The position numbers and the translations under genes were made by a program. A stretch of 53,367 nt of DNA from Opitutus sp. GAS368. Lineage in GTDB: Bacteria; Verrucomicrobiota; Verrucomicrobiia; Opitutales; Opitutaceae. The stretch covers positions 1 through 53,367 of the forward strand of contig CAMAVZ010000012.1 in NCBI GenBank assembly GCA_945861645.1, written 5' to 3'. Of this stretch, positions 30,185 to 40,288 are shown in pieces; within the stretch, counting starts at the first letter, position 1, and each line of letters starts with the position of its first letter. The notes beneath the pieces were generated by a model, which saw only the letters and a list, made by a program, of their open reading frames with translations, was not told where the DNA came from and made no database searches.

Positions 30185-31000
30185 TTAGGCGCCAGAAAGT
30201 TCGGCGGCGCGACGGGCTCCAGCGAGAATGGCTGCCTGTATAGTTTCTCGGAATTGGCCCTTAGTCATAACCTGTAGGCCCGCGAAAGTTGTGCCGTTAG
30301 GTGAGACTACTTGGTCGCGTAAAACTTCCGGAGTCGTGCCGGTGTGCGCGAGCAATTTGGCCGCACCGAGGACCGTTTCGAGCGCGAGTTTTTCAGCCAC
30401 CGCTGGGGGCAGGCCAGCCGTAATACCGCCATCACGTAGGGCGGCTACGAATTCAAAAAGGAAGGCCGGCCCGCTGCCGCTTACAACGGTGACTGCATCC
30501 ATGTACTCTTCTGCTAAGGGGAGATGTTGTCCTAGGGCGCCGAGTATTTTAGTAACGATCGCTTGATCGCCGGCCGTCAGGGGACGGAGGGAACAGTAAG
30601 GGGTGATCGCGGCGCCGATGGCGGCAGGCGTATTGGGCATCGTCCGCACGATGTTGCGGGCCTGAGGAAAAAATTGAGCGAGTCGGGCTAATTTTTTCCC
30701 AGCCAGGACGGAGATGATCAGCCTACCGGCCGTTAATTCAGCAAGGCGGGGGTCGGCTCCGGCGAGCGATTGGGGCTTGAAAGCGACGACGACGGTATCA
30801 GCGCTCGCGAGGAGGCGCGGGAGGTCAGGCTCGAAGCTGATCCCTGTGGCGAGCGCGAGCTTCTGGGCCGTCACCCCATGTTGGCTCGTGCAGGTGAGAT
30901 CGCTCGGACGATAAGCCTGTTGGGCCAGCAAGCCCTCGACGATGGCGGTGGCAAGGTTGCCCGTACCAAGAAAAGCGAGGGTGGGGGAGGACATCGTCAT
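30185..31000 (-). CDS. proC: Pyrroline-5-carboxylate reductase
   Basis: FLGTGNLA, VRTMPNTP, SGSGPAF, VSPNGTT. Confidence 0.95.
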   Translation of the reverse strand: MTMSSPTLAFLGTGNLATAIVEGLLAQQAYRPSDLTCTSQHGVTAQKLALATGISFEPDLPRLLASADTVVVAFKPQSLAGADPRLAELTAGRLIISVLAGKKLARLAQFFPQARNIVRTMPNTPAAIGAAITPYCSLRPLTAGDQAIVTKILGALGQHLPLAEEYMDAVTVVSGSGPAFLFEFVAALRDGGITAGLPPAVAEKLALETVLGAAKLLAHTGTTPEVLRDQVVSPNGTTFAGLQVMTKGQFRETIQAAILAGARRAAELSGA

Positions 31001-31130
31001 TAATTATAAAGCGGCTTGCTGACCTCGGCTGGGGGGGGCACCCATAACCTAGCTCCTCAAGCTCGGTCATGGATTGTCGCTTCGCGGTCTGGCTCGCAAT
31101 GACAATTCTCATGCGCGCTGTTCCCATTCC

Positions 31131-32249
31131 CTACGTGATTGCTTTACGCTCCAGTGGATGGCGAATGGTGGCGATCGTCCCGCCGCCGAGTCGATCAGCT
31201 AGGACCACATCCCCGCCTAAATTACGGAGGGAGTGACGCGACACGGTTAGGCCCAGGCCAACTCCCACCGTGTGCTTGGTGCTGGTAAAAGGTTCAAAGG
31301 CGTGGTCGCGAATATCCGGGCTAACGCCTCGGCCCCGATCTTCTATATGAATGAGCGCGAAGCGGCCGCCGTCGGCTCCATCGATGATCTCCGTTCGAAT
31401 ATTGATAATTCGTTTTTCGTCAGGCTCATCATGGTAGCTCTCCCAAGCATTGCTGAGCAGCTTGGCAATGGCGTCTTCCAGCAATTCTACATTAGTCTGA
31501 ATGATCGTCTCAGTGGGTGGCTCCTCGATCGTAATCACAGGTTCAATTTGGTCATCACTTTGGTGGCGCCGGATACCGCTCTGAATCACGAGGGGCAGGC
31601 TAGTGCTAATGAGCGGGGGGCGATTTTTCACTACGAGGGTGGTGAGCTGCTTGATAATCGCGATGATGCGGTTGACCGCATCGTCAAGGTGATTGGCATT
31701 TTTTTTCACCAATTCGGGTTTCTCATGGTAAACTTTAATGAGGTCGATGTAGCCCACCACCACGCCGAGTAGGTTATTGAGATTATGCGCGATGCCTTGC
31801 GTCACAGCTCCGATCGTCGCGTTGCGGCGTGATTCACCTAATCTGCGCTGTAAGTCGACGAGTTCGCGGTTGATCGCGACAAAACGCAATTGAGTCTGGA
31901 TCCGAGCGAGCGTTTCATTGAGATCGATCGGCCTGGTAATGTAATCGACAGCCCCGACACTGAGGCCTTCGATTTTCCCTTCCTTTGCCGTGCGCGTCGT
32001 GATGAAAATAATTGGAATGGACTGCGTCGCTGGGTCGGCTTGGAGGCATTGGCAAACTTCGATGCCATCCCTTTCGGGCAGCATGATATCGAGTAAAATC
32101 AAGTCGGGTTTATCCTGCTTAACCAAATCCAAGACTTCGCGCCCCGAATAGGCGCTGGCGACGATCATGCCTTCGCCCTCCAGCTTACGTTTAAGTAACT
32201 GAACGCTGATCGGTTGGTCGTCGACGACGAGAATTTTGGATCCGCCCAT
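31131..32249 (-). CDS. Hybrid response regulator / histidine kinase (REC-HisKA-HATPase)
   Basis: ILVVDD..LLDIMLP..GAVDYI; GIAHNLNNLL; EDRGRG, FEPFTSTK, GLGL. Confidence 0.9.
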   Translation of the reverse strand: MGGSKILVVDDQPISVQLLKRKLEGEGMIVASAYSGREVLDLVKQDKPDLILLDIMLPERDGIEVCQCLQADPATQSIPIIFITTRTAKEGKIEGLSVGAVDYITRPIDLNETLARIQTQLRFVAINRELVDLQRRLGESRRNATIGAVTQGIAHNLNNLLGVVVGYIDLIKVYHEKPELVKKNANHLDDAVNRIIAIIKQLTTLVVKNRPPLISTSLPLVIQSGIRRHQSDDQIEPVITIEEPPTETIIQTNVELLEDAIAKLLSNAWESYHDEPDEKRIINIRTEIIDGADGGRFALIHIEDRGRGVSPDIRDHAFEPFTSTKHTVGVGLGLTVSRHSLRNLGGDVVLADRLGGGTIATIRHPLERKAIT

Positions 32250-32308
32250 ACCAGAGAGTGACAGTAATTCGTTTAGTTGATCGGGCTAGGATGCTTTAGC
32301 TTGATCGC

Positions 32309-33196
32309 TTAATTATGCGGCGCCGCCGCGCTATGCTGTCGCCGAGCCTTGACCGTATTTTTCATCAAAAGCGCGACCGTCATTGGACCAACTCCACCGG
32401 GGACCGGGGTTATTTTGCTGCACAATGGCGCTACCGTGGGGAAGTGCACATCACCGGTGAGTCGGTAGCCGGTTTTTTTGGTGGCATCGGGTACCCGATT
32501 GACGCCGACATCGATGATCACCGCCCCCGGTTTGACCATGTCGGCCGTGACAAATTCTGGTTTGCCGATGGCGGCAATGAGCACATCCGCTAGGCGGATG
32601 ATGCTCGCTAGATTAGCCGTCTGCGAATGACAAATGGTGACGGTGGCATTGGCCCAAGGCTTGCGCTGCAAGGCCAGCAAGGCCGCTGGCTTTCCGACAA
32701 TCAGGCTGCGGCCGAGCACCACCACATGTTTGCCCGCCAACGAAACCCCAGAGCGTTGCAGCAATTCCATGATACCAGCCGGAGTGCACGCGATGAATCC
32801 CGTCTCATCCTCTTGCGCTAATTTCCCCAGATTCAGGGGGTGGAATCCATCAACATCTTTATGGGCAGCGATGCGCCGGAAGACGGCTATTTCACTGAGG
32901 GGCTTGGGTAACGGCGACTGCACTAAAATGCCATCGACGCTGGGGTCGGCGTTGAGCTGGTCTACTAGCGCAAAAAGCTCATCTTGGGAGATGGTTACGG
33001 GCGGAAAAATTAGCCGGCTCTCGATGCCGATCTCAGCGCACATTTTCTGCTTTTTGGTAACGTAGGAAACGGAGGCCGGGTCTTCGCCGACGCGCACGAG
33101 GGCGATGCACGGTGGGCGTCCGGTGAGTTTAGCGACCTCGGCCTTGAGTTCAGCAATGAGCGTAGCGGCGATTTTGTTACCGTCGATGAGTTCCAT
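32309..33196 (-). CDS. folD: Methylenetetrahydrofolate dehydrogenase/cyclohydrolase
   Basis: [42 protein letters not shown]. Confidence 0.97.
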   Translation of the reverse strand: MELIDGNKIAATLIAELKAEVAKLTGRPPCIALVRVGEDPASVSYVTKKQKMCAEIGIESRLIFPPVTISQDELFALVDQLNADPSVDGILVQSPLPKPLSEIAVFRRIAAHKDVDGFHPLNLGKLAQEDETGFIACTPAGIMELLQRSGVSLAGKHVVVLGRSLIVGKPAALLALQRKPWANATVTICHSQTANLASIIRLADVLIAAIGKPEFVTADMVKPGAVIIDVGVNRVPDATKKTGYRLTGDVHFPTVAPLCSKITPVPGGVGPMTVALLMKNTVKARRQHSAAAPHN

Positions 33197-33242
33197 GAGA
33201 AGCGAGGTAACTAATTAAGACGTCAGGCGCAGCCGAAAAGGT

Positions 33243-34040
33243 TTACTTTAATTGCATCGATTCGGCCGCAATCACGAGATCCTGGCCGTCAATGGTGTTG
33301 CGAAGTGTGCCGGTAATAGACAAATCGCGATCGACGTAATTTTCAATTTTATCGGTCAAGCGTAGGCGCTTGGTATCGACATAAGCAAAACGCCGACCGG
33401 ATGAATCGATCAGCTGATAATCATAGATCGGGTTGGGATTGAAGATGGCGCGACGCGCGAGCACGAGTTTGCCGGCAAAAAGTCGCGGCATCTCTGCCGT
33501 ATCACCAGAAATGGGGACGGAATGTCCGGCGGTGGTGACGGGCGCGGTGGGTGCCATCAGTCGCAACTCGCTTGGGGTTGGGGTGGTGGTCGATGGGGTG
33601 TTGGCAGTTTCGCCGATGGCCATGAAGCCCTGTAGTTTTTTCTCTAATTTAATTTGGGCCCAATCTCCGTGCAGCCCGGTAATATCTGTTTTATCGCCTT
33701 TGGCCGCGACGGTGATGACGGTCGCATCTTTCCGCGGGGCGGAGTAGATGCTGGCGCCTTCGCGAACTTCGAGGCCTTTCGTAATATCGCGATTTTGCAC
33801 ATAAGCCTCGCAGGAGCCATCGACTTCGACGCGGCGCCAACCGAGGGGGGCTTCGCCTACGGTCATCACCTCCGTACCGGCCTTAAGGCGAGCGATAATC
33901 GGCGATTTTGCCTCGGTCTGGACGAAGACGGCGGTGTCAGCCGTGAGGATTTCAGCCGCGAGGGGAGGGACCGTGAGCGTAAGAACTCCGGCTACACCCC
34001 AGCTGCGCAGAATTAGGTTAAGGACGGTTTTAGTTTTCAT
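33243..34040 (-). CDS. Secreted SH3-like domain protein
   Basis: Signal peptide; two SH3b-like repeats (GWRRVE, GDWAQIK); Thr/Pro linker. Confidence 0.7.
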   Translation of the reverse strand: MKTKTVLNLILRSWGVAGVLTLTVPPLAAEILTADTAVFVQTEAKSPIIARLKAGTEVMTVGEAPLGWRRVEVDGSCEAYVQNRDITKGLEVREGASIYSAPRKDATVITVAAKGDKTDITGLHGDWAQIKLEKKLQGFMAIGETANTPSTTTPTPSELRLMAPTAPVTTAGHSVPISGDTAEMPRLFAGKLVLARRAIFNPNPIYDYQLIDSSGRRFAYVDTKRLRLTDKIENYVDRDLSITGTLRNTIDGQDLVIAAESMQLK

Positions 34041-34806
34041 CGTGAGTAGAAGGAGTCATCTCGCGGTAGTGGACCAAGGGAACCGCGAACAAGGATTGGA
34101 TCTCTTGTGCTGAAAGTTGTTTCACGCCGCGAACTGGAATGCCTTTGAGGCGGAGTGCGCCGATTTGATAACGCCGCAGCCGGCGCACCTGGAACCCAAG
34201 CGCGGTGAAGAGCTGGCGGATTTCGCGCTTTTTCCCATGGTGCATATGAACGTCCAGTTCGGACGAGCTGCGATCTGTCTTGGGGTTGACGAGATTAGCC
34301 CGCTCCACTTTCAGATGTTCGCCTTCGATGACGACGCCGCGCAAGAGTTGCCGCAGGCGGCCGGCGGGGAAGGGCTCTTCAAGCGATACATAATAACGCT
34401 TCACCACCAAATTGGAGGGGTGCATCAGCTTGTGCGCGAGGTCGCCATCGGAGGTCAGAATGACCAGACCTTCACTATCTTTATCGAGCCGGCCGGCGCA
34501 GAAGAGGCGAAGTTTGGCCCATTCCCGCGGCAGGAGATCAAAAATAGTTTGCTCCTCATGGGGATCACTATTGCTGCAAATCACCCCGCGGGGTTTGTGC
34601 ATCACGAGTGCGATCTTGGGCTGAGCCTGGGAGCGCACGGCTTTGCCCCGCACGGTAACTTTGTCCGTACCGGGTTCAACTTTTTGGCCGAGCTCAGCCT
34701 TCTGTCCGTTGACATAAACTTCGCCCGCCACGATGGCGGTTTCGGCTGCGCGGCGTGAGCAGATGCCGGCTTCGGCGATGAATTTTTGAATGCGAACGGA
34801 TTCCAT
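34030..34806 (-). CDS. rRNA pseudouridine synthase (RsuA/RluB family)
   Basis: S4 domain RIQKFIAEAGICSRR, HKPRG, GRLDKDSEGL, GKKREIR; ATG at 34806. Confidence 0.92.
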   Translation of the reverse strand: MESVRIQKFIAEAGICSRRAAETAIVAGEVYVNGQKAELGQKVEPGTDKVTVRGKAVRSQAQPKIALVMHKPRGVICSNSDPHEEQTIFDLLPREWAKLRLFCAGRLDKDSEGLVILTSDGDLAHKLMHPSNLVVKRYYVSLEEPFPAGRLRQLLRGVVIEGEHLKVERANLVNPKTDRSSSELDVHMHHGKKREIRQLFTALGFQVRRLRRYQIGALRLKGIPVRGVKQLSAQEIQSLFAVPLVHYREMTPSTHDEN

Positions 34807-34908
34807 GCAGTTCGGCTGAATGGCATGGGGGCGAAGGGGGCGCAACGAGATTCAATATCGCGAAACGAGGCTTGCCATATCTGCTCACACCCGAGGTAAA
34901 GTTTTGCT

Positions 34909-36075
34909 ATGCATATTTCGGCTCCACCCTTTAGCGCCTACACTAAAGATAATCCGCTCCCGGCCAAATTATTGGAAAATCGCGTACTCAATAAGGATGG
35001 CTCGAATAAGGACACGCGGCACCTCGTGGTCGATATCGCCGGCAGCGGCCTGACTTATCATGTGGGGGATTCCTTGGGGATATTCGCCTCTAATCGTCCG
35101 CAAATTGTGGAAGAACTGATCGAGCTGATGGGCTTTACCGGTAATGAGCCCGTGATCCCCCAGCGCATGACTGCCGCCATCAGCCTGCGGGAGGCGTTGA
35201 CAACCAAATTATCATTAGCTGGGCCCACCAAGAAAATTCTTGAGACCTTCGCGGCGAAAACGGCCGACTCGAAGGAGCAGGCCCAATTGGCCCGCTTGCT
35301 CGCCGCCGACGCCGCGGAAGTGCGGGAGGCTTTTCTGGAGCAACGGGAGTACATCGATCTGATCGAAGAATTTCCGGGGGTAAAATTAGAGGCGCAGGAA
35401 TTGGTGGCTCACCTGCGTCGGTTGATGCCGCGGCTTTATTCCATCGCCTCCTCCCCCGTCCTTCATCCTAGCCAAGTTCATTTGACCGTCGCCCCAGTGC
35501 GCTATGAGTCCAACGGACGTCGTCGTTATGGGGTTTGCTCAACTTTCTTAGCCGACCGCGTGACGCGGCGAAAGACTCCGATTCCGGTGTTTGTGGCTGA
35601 ATCCCATTTTGGACTGCCTGAGGATTCAACCAAAGATATTATTATGGTTGGGCCCGGCACCGGAGTAGCGCCATTTCGGGCGTTTACGCAGGAGCGGGTG
35701 GCGACTCAGGCCACCGGCCGGAACTGGCTTTTCTTTGGCGACCAGCACGAGGCGACTGATTACCTTTATGCGGAAGAATGGGAAAATTTGCTCGCGGCAG
35801 GAAAACTGGCGCGGGTGGATTTAGCTTTTTCGCGTGACCAAGCGCGCAAGGTTTATGTGCAGGATCGGATGCGTGAAGCCGCGGCAGAATTATGGTCATG
35901 GATCAAGGGTGGGGCCTATTTTTATGTCTGCGGTGATGCCCACCGGATGGCGAAGGATGTCGATCTCGCCTTGCACCAGATCATCAGCGAGCAAGGCGGC
36001 CTCGATGTTGCGCAAGCCGCTGAGTACGTGAAATTGATGAAGAAGGAGAAGCGCTATCAGCGCGACGTGTATTGA
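34909..36075 (+). CDS. CysJ-like FAD/NADPH oxidoreductase (no flavodoxin domain)
   Basis: PRLYSIASS, GVCSTFL, GPGTGVAPFRAF, AFSRDQ..YVQDRM, YVCGDA, RYQRDVY. Confidence 0.88.
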   Translation: MHISAPPFSAYTKDNPLPAKLLENRVLNKDGSNKDTRHLVVDIAGSGLTYHVGDSLGIFASNRPQIVEELIELMGFTGNEPVIPQRMTAAISLREALTTKLSLAGPTKKILETFAAKTADSKEQAQLARLLAADAAEVREAFLEQREYIDLIEEFPGVKLEAQELVAHLRRLMPRLYSIASSPVLHPSQVHLTVAPVRYESNGRRRYGVCSTFLADRVTRRKTPIPVFVAESHFGLPEDSTKDIIMVGPGTGVAPFRAFTQERVATQATGRNWLFFGDQHEATDYLYAEEWENLLAAGKLARVDLAFSRDQARKVYVQDRMREAAAELWSWIKGGAYFYVCGDAHRMAKDVDLALHQIISEQGGLDVAQAAEYVKLMKKEKRYQRDVY

Positions 36076-36114
36076 CAAATTATGCCGGAGTGAGGCTTCA
36101 TGGCGATCGATTCT

Positions 36115-36861
36115 ATGGGACTAACCTTTAATAACAAAATCGCACTCGTGACCGGCGCCGGCCGCGGTATTGGCAAGGCTATTGCCGAAGCATTGGCGAA
36201 AAATGGCGTCAATGTCATTTGCGTCAGCAAGTCAGCTGATAGTTGCGGGGCCACGGCTGCCGCGATCGTTGCGGCTGGCGGCAAGGCCAAGGCTCTGGCG
36301 GTCGATGTGGCTGATGGCGCCGCCGTCGCCAAGGCCAGTGCTGACCTGCTGGCCGAGTACGGGCAGATCGATATTTTGGTTAATAATGCCGGCATTACGC
36401 GGGATGGTCTTTTATTTCGCATGTCCGAGGAGGACTGGAATGCGGTGATCTCGACCAATTTGACCAGTTGCTATCATTGGACCAAATACATTGGCCGCTC
36501 AATGACGCAAAAGCGCTGGGGGCGCATCGTAAATATCACCTCGGTCGTGGGCTTGATGGGTAATGCTGGTCAGGCTAATTATTGCGCGGCTAAGGCCGGT
36601 TTGATCGGTTTTACCAAATCAATCGCGAAAGAATTTGCCGCCCGTAATGTTACTTCAAATGCGGTGGCTCCGGGCTTTATTAAAACGGACATGACTGCCG
36701 CCCTTCCGCCGGAGGTTGCGGATAAGATTACGTCAGTTATCCCGCTCAAACGGCTGGGTGAGGCGATTGATATCGCCCACATGACGACCTTCCTTTGCTC
36801 GGAAGAAGCAGGCTATATTACTGGGCAAGTTTTTACCGTTGACGGGGGGATGGTGATGTGA
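36115..36861 (+). CDS. fabG: 3-oxoacyl-ACP reductase
   Basis: TGAGRGIG, NNAGITRD, GQANYCAAK, APGFIKTDMT; start 36115 or 36100. Confidence 0.95.
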   Translation: MGLTFNNKIALVTGAGRGIGKAIAEALAKNGVNVICVSKSADSCGATAAAIVAAGGKAKALAVDVADGAAVAKASADLLAEYGQIDILVNNAGITRDGLLFRMSEEDWNAVISTNLTSCYHWTKYIGRSMTQKRWGRIVNITSVVGLMGNAGQANYCAAKAGLIGFTKSIAKEFAARNVTSNAVAPGFIKTDMTAALPPEVADKITSVIPLKRLGEAIDIAHMTTFLCSEEAGYITGQVFTVDGGMVM

Positions 36862-36901
36862 TGCCTCTTACCCACCCCTTTTTTGACCACTTATAAAACC
36901 T

Positions 36902-37165
36902 ATGGCTGACCCAAAAACTATCGACCAGCGCGTCAAAGAAATCATCGTTAACCAATTGAATGTTAACGAAGAGCAAATTACCCCACAGGCGTCATTTCTT
37001 GACGACCTCGGAGCCGATTCTCTCGACACAGTCGAGCTGATCATGGCGTTTGAAGAAGAGTTTAAGGATGAAATTAAGGGCGAAATCCCTGAGTCTGATG
37101 CCGAGAAGCTCCAGACCGTCGGCGATGTAACTGCTTACATTGAGGCCAAGGCGGCCAAGAAATAA
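36902..37165 (+). CDS. acpP: Acyl carrier protein
   Basis: [20 protein letters not shown]. Confidence 0.98.
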   Translation: MADPKTIDQRVKEIIVNQLNVNEEQITPQASFLDDLGADSLDTVELIMAFEEEFKDEIKGEIPESDAEKLQTVGDVTAYIEAKAAKK

Positions 37166-37250
37166 TTTTTGCCTTTGAGCAAAGCGTTCTACCGTCTGGC
37201 CCAGTGCTGGTCTGGTAGGACGCTTTTTCATTTCTACTACTCAATTTAAG

Positions 37251-38501
37251 ATGGAAACTGTTTCTCCGCACAAACGAGTCGTTGTCACCGGTATGGGCGT
37301 CATCGCCTCACTGGGCCATAACGTGGATGATTTTTGGGCTAATCTCCTCGCCGGTAAATGCGGAGTTAACCGAGTCACGCTTTTTGATGCGAAGGATCAC
37401 ACCTGCCAAATTGGGGCAGAAGTTCGCAATTTTGATGCCACCAAGCTGATGGATCCCAAAGAGGTTCGCCGGAATGATCGCTACACGCATTTTGGATTTT
37501 GTGCGGCTAAGCAGGCAGCCGCTGATGCAAAGCTGGATATGAGCAAAGAGGATCCTGATCGGGTCGGCGTGATTATTGGCTCTGGGATTGGCGGCATGTT
37601 GACCATCGAAAATCAGCACAAGATTTTGATGGAACGAGGCCCCCGCAAGGTGTCGCCCTTCATGATTCCTTCGCTGATTAGCAATATGTGCAGTGGCTTG
37701 GTTGCGATTGAGCTCGGGGCTCGTGGGCCGAATTTTTCTATCGTCAGCGCCTGTGCCACCGCGACGCATGCGATCGGCGAGTCACTCCGCATGATTCGTG
37801 GTGGCGAAGCCGATGTGATGGTGTGTGGGGGGGCGGAAGCTTCCATCACTCCATTGGCTTATGCTGGATTTTGCTCCATGAAGGCGATGAGCACCAATAA
37901 TGATAATCCCCAGCAGGCTAGTCGTCCCTTTGATTTGAATCGTGATGGATTTATTATGGCTGAGGGCTCAGGTATTTTGGTGTTAGAAAGCCTAGAGCAT
38001 GCGTTGGCTCGCGGAGCGCGCATCTATTGTGAGATCGCTGGTTATGCCGCGACCTGTGATGCTTTTCATATCACTTCACCTGATCCTGAGGGCAAGGGGC
38101 TATCCCTCGCCATGAGCCGCTCGCTGCATGATGCCCGCATCGCACCAGCGGAAGTCGATTACATCAATGCCCACGGCACTTCGACTCCTTACAACGATAA
38201 ATTTGAGACGCTAGCGATTAAGAAAGTCTTTGGCGACCACGCCCGCAAGGTTTTGATCAGCTCGACTAAGTCAATGACCGGACACTTGCTGGGGGCAGCG
38301 GGCGGCGTTGAGGCGATCGTGAGTATAAAAGCAATTCATACGGGCGAGATACCTCCCACGATTAATCTCGATACACCTGATCCCGATTGCGATTTGGACT
38401 ACGTGCCGAACGTAAAGCGAAGCGCTCGGGTAAATACTGTCATGAGCGATAATCTTGGGTTCGGCGGCCAAAATGCAGCGCTGATTTTCCGCCGAGTCTA
38501 A
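37251..38501 (+). CDS. fabF: Beta-ketoacyl-ACP synthase II
   Basis: [35 protein letters not shown]. Confidence 0.97.
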   Translation: METVSPHKRVVVTGMGVIASLGHNVDDFWANLLAGKCGVNRVTLFDAKDHTCQIGAEVRNFDATKLMDPKEVRRNDRYTHFGFCAAKQAAADAKLDMSKEDPDRVGVIIGSGIGGMLTIENQHKILMERGPRKVSPFMIPSLISNMCSGLVAIELGARGPNFSIVSACATATHAIGESLRMIRGGEADVMVCGGAEASITPLAYAGFCSMKAMSTNNDNPQQASRPFDLNRDGFIMAEGSGILVLESLEHALARGARIYCEIAGYAATCDAFHITSPDPEGKGLSLAMSRSLHDARIAPAEVDYINAHGTSTPYNDKFETLAIKKVFGDHARKVLISSTKSMTGHLLGAAGGVEAIVSIKAIHTGEIPPTINLDTPDPDCDLDYVPNVKRSARVNTVMSDNLGFGGQNAALIFRRV

Positions 38502-38506
38502 CTGAT

Positions 38507-38545
38507 ACTGATCGGAAACTGAATTGGCCTGGGGGAGGGATTTAA
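38507..38545 (+). repeat. Block-boundary repeat type A, copy 1
   Basis: ACTGATCGGAAACTGAATTGGCCTGGGGGAGGGATTTAA; preceded by an extra ACTGAT at 38501-38506. Confidence 0.9.
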
Positions 38546-38657
38546 CGTCGCAAGAATCGGGAGGGCGTACGGTAAGTCATGGGAATCGTGACGATTCGCG
38601 GGGGCGGAACACTTGCAGACGAGCGGCGGGCCAGCAAAACCGAAGGGACGAATGGCG

Positions 38658-39266
38658 TCACGGCGCCGCCTCGCGCAACGCGCCGCGGGCGCGGTTGAAG
38701 ATCGTGAGTGCGAGCAGCGCGAGTTCAACGGCGAGCAGCCAGTTTGTCCACGCGCCAAGCGCCACCCCACAGCCGCCGAGCAAACCGAGCAAGCCAAATA
38801 CAAATGCCCGATCACTTTTGCCGGCCGGCCCGTCGTAGCGGCGCGACGCGCCGATCTGCACCGCGACCACCCCCGTCATTTCGCTCACGACGGCGAGCAA
38901 CACCACGCCGACCACAAGCGGCGTCGAGATCGCGCCGATGCTGGCGAACGGTAGATAGAGCGCGGCGTCGCTGAGCACATCGCCGATTTCGTTCAGAATC
39001 GCGCCGAGTTTGGATTTTTGCGCAAACTCGCGCGCGAGCACACCGTCGATGGCGTTGAGCGCCATGCGCACGAAGCACACCACCGGCACGGCCAGCAGCA
39101 CGGCGCGCGAGCTCGGTTGCCACCATAGCGCGCCACCCGTCGCTGCCGAGAGCACGAAAGCCGCGACGGTCACCTGGTTTGCGGTCACGCCTGCCGCCGC
39201 GAGCGACCGCACGAGCGGGCGAAGCAGGTTTTGAAACGCGGGCTTGAGCTGGTAGATTGTTGGCAT
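38658..39266 (-). CDS. CDP-alcohol phosphatidyltransferase (YnbA-like)
   Basis: IYQLKPAFQNLLRP, TANQVT, RMALNAIDGVLARE..GAILNEIGD, GKSDRA. Confidence 0.9.
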   Translation of the reverse strand: MPTIYQLKPAFQNLLRPLVRSLAAAGVTANQVTVAAFVLSAATGGALWWQPSSRAVLLAVPVVCFVRMALNAIDGVLAREFAQKSKLGAILNEIGDVLSDAALYLPFASIGAISTPLVVGVVLLAVVSEMTGVVAVQIGASRRYDGPAGKSDRAFVFGLLGLLGGCGVALGAWTNWLLAVELALLALTIFNRARGALREAAP

Positions 39267-39278
39267 GGGCGATTTACT

Positions 39279-39328
39279 GTGGGAGCGGGTTTATCCCGCG
39301 ACGAGTCGGGGCATAAAGCCCCTCCCAC
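39279..39328. repeat. REP pair (REPIN-like, GTGG family)
   Basis: GTGGGAGCGGGTTTATCCCGCGA followed by an inverted GTGGGAGGGGCTTTATGCCCCGA. Confidence 0.75.
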
Positions 39329-39337
39329 CTCGAGTTT

Positions 39338-40288
39338 TCACGGCACGTAGAAATATCGCAGCAGGTGGAAAAACACCGGCGCGGAAAAACAGAGCGAGTC
39401 GATCCGATCCATCATCCCGCCGTGGCCCTCAATCATGGAGCCGTAATCCTTCACGCCGCGATCGCGCTTGATGGCCGACATCACAAGGCCGCCGAAGAAT
39501 CCCATCACCGTGATGAGCAGCGCGAACAGCCCTGCCGCCCACCACGTGAACGGCGTCGCCCACCACAGCGCCGCGCCAAGCGCGCTCGCCGACAGCACGC
39601 CGCCGATGAGGCCTTCCCACGTCTTCGAGGGGCTGAGCACCGGTGCGACCTTATGGCGGCCGAGCAGTTTGCCCCAGACGTATTGGAGGACGTCGCTCGA
39701 CTGGCCGACGAGCACGACGAAGAGGAGCAGCTTCGCGTTTTGCCCCGCGTAGCCGGGAATCTCGATCATCAACAGCGCTGGCACATGGCTCAGGAAATAC
39801 ACGCACACCATCAGGCCCCACTGAATCTTCGCCGTGCGCTCGAGGTAGTGTGCCGCGTCGCCGCCCACCACCGCAAAAATCGCAATCGCGACAAACGCAT
39901 ACACCGGCACAAACACCGCGAAGAACCCATACCACTGGATGCCGGTGAGCACATATTGAAACGGCAACACCATGAAAAACGCCGCGAATAGCGCGAGATG
40001 ATCCGCCGGTCGCGACGGCGTGAGCGTGATGAACTCCCGCAGCGCCATGAACGACATCAGCGCAAACAGCACCACCGAGCCCACCCCACCCGTTACGAGC
40101 GCGAGCGAAAACACGATGACCATCATCCACCACGCGCGCACGCGGGCCGCGAGATTCACGATGGTCGGCGAAGGCCCGTCGGGGCCCGTGCGGCCCACTA
40201 GCACACTTGTGATGATGCTGGAAATCACCAACAACACGAGAATGCCGCCGAGCAGCCAGAGGAGTTGAGGATCGCGCAGGGCCTTCAT
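39338..40288 (-). CDS. Phosphatidate cytidylyltransferase (YnbB-like)
   Basis: RVRAWW, DVLQYVWGKLLG, SPSKTWEG, SAIKRDRGVKD, GHGGMMDRIDS. Confidence 0.92.
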   Translation of the reverse strand: MKALRDPQLLWLLGGILVLLVISSIITSVLVGRTGPDGPSPTIVNLAARVRAWWMMVIVFSLALVTGGVGSVVLFALMSFMALREFITLTPSRPADHLALFAAFFMVLPFQYVLTGIQWYGFFAVFVPVYAFVAIAIFAVVGGDAAHYLERTAKIQWGLMVCVYFLSHVPALLMIEIPGYAGQNAKLLLFVVLVGQSSDVLQYVWGKLLGRHKVAPVLSPSKTWEGLIGGVLSASALGAALWWATPFTWWAAGLFALLITVMGFFGGLVMSAIKRDRGVKDYGSMIEGHGGMMDRIDSLCFSAPVFFHLLRYFYVP

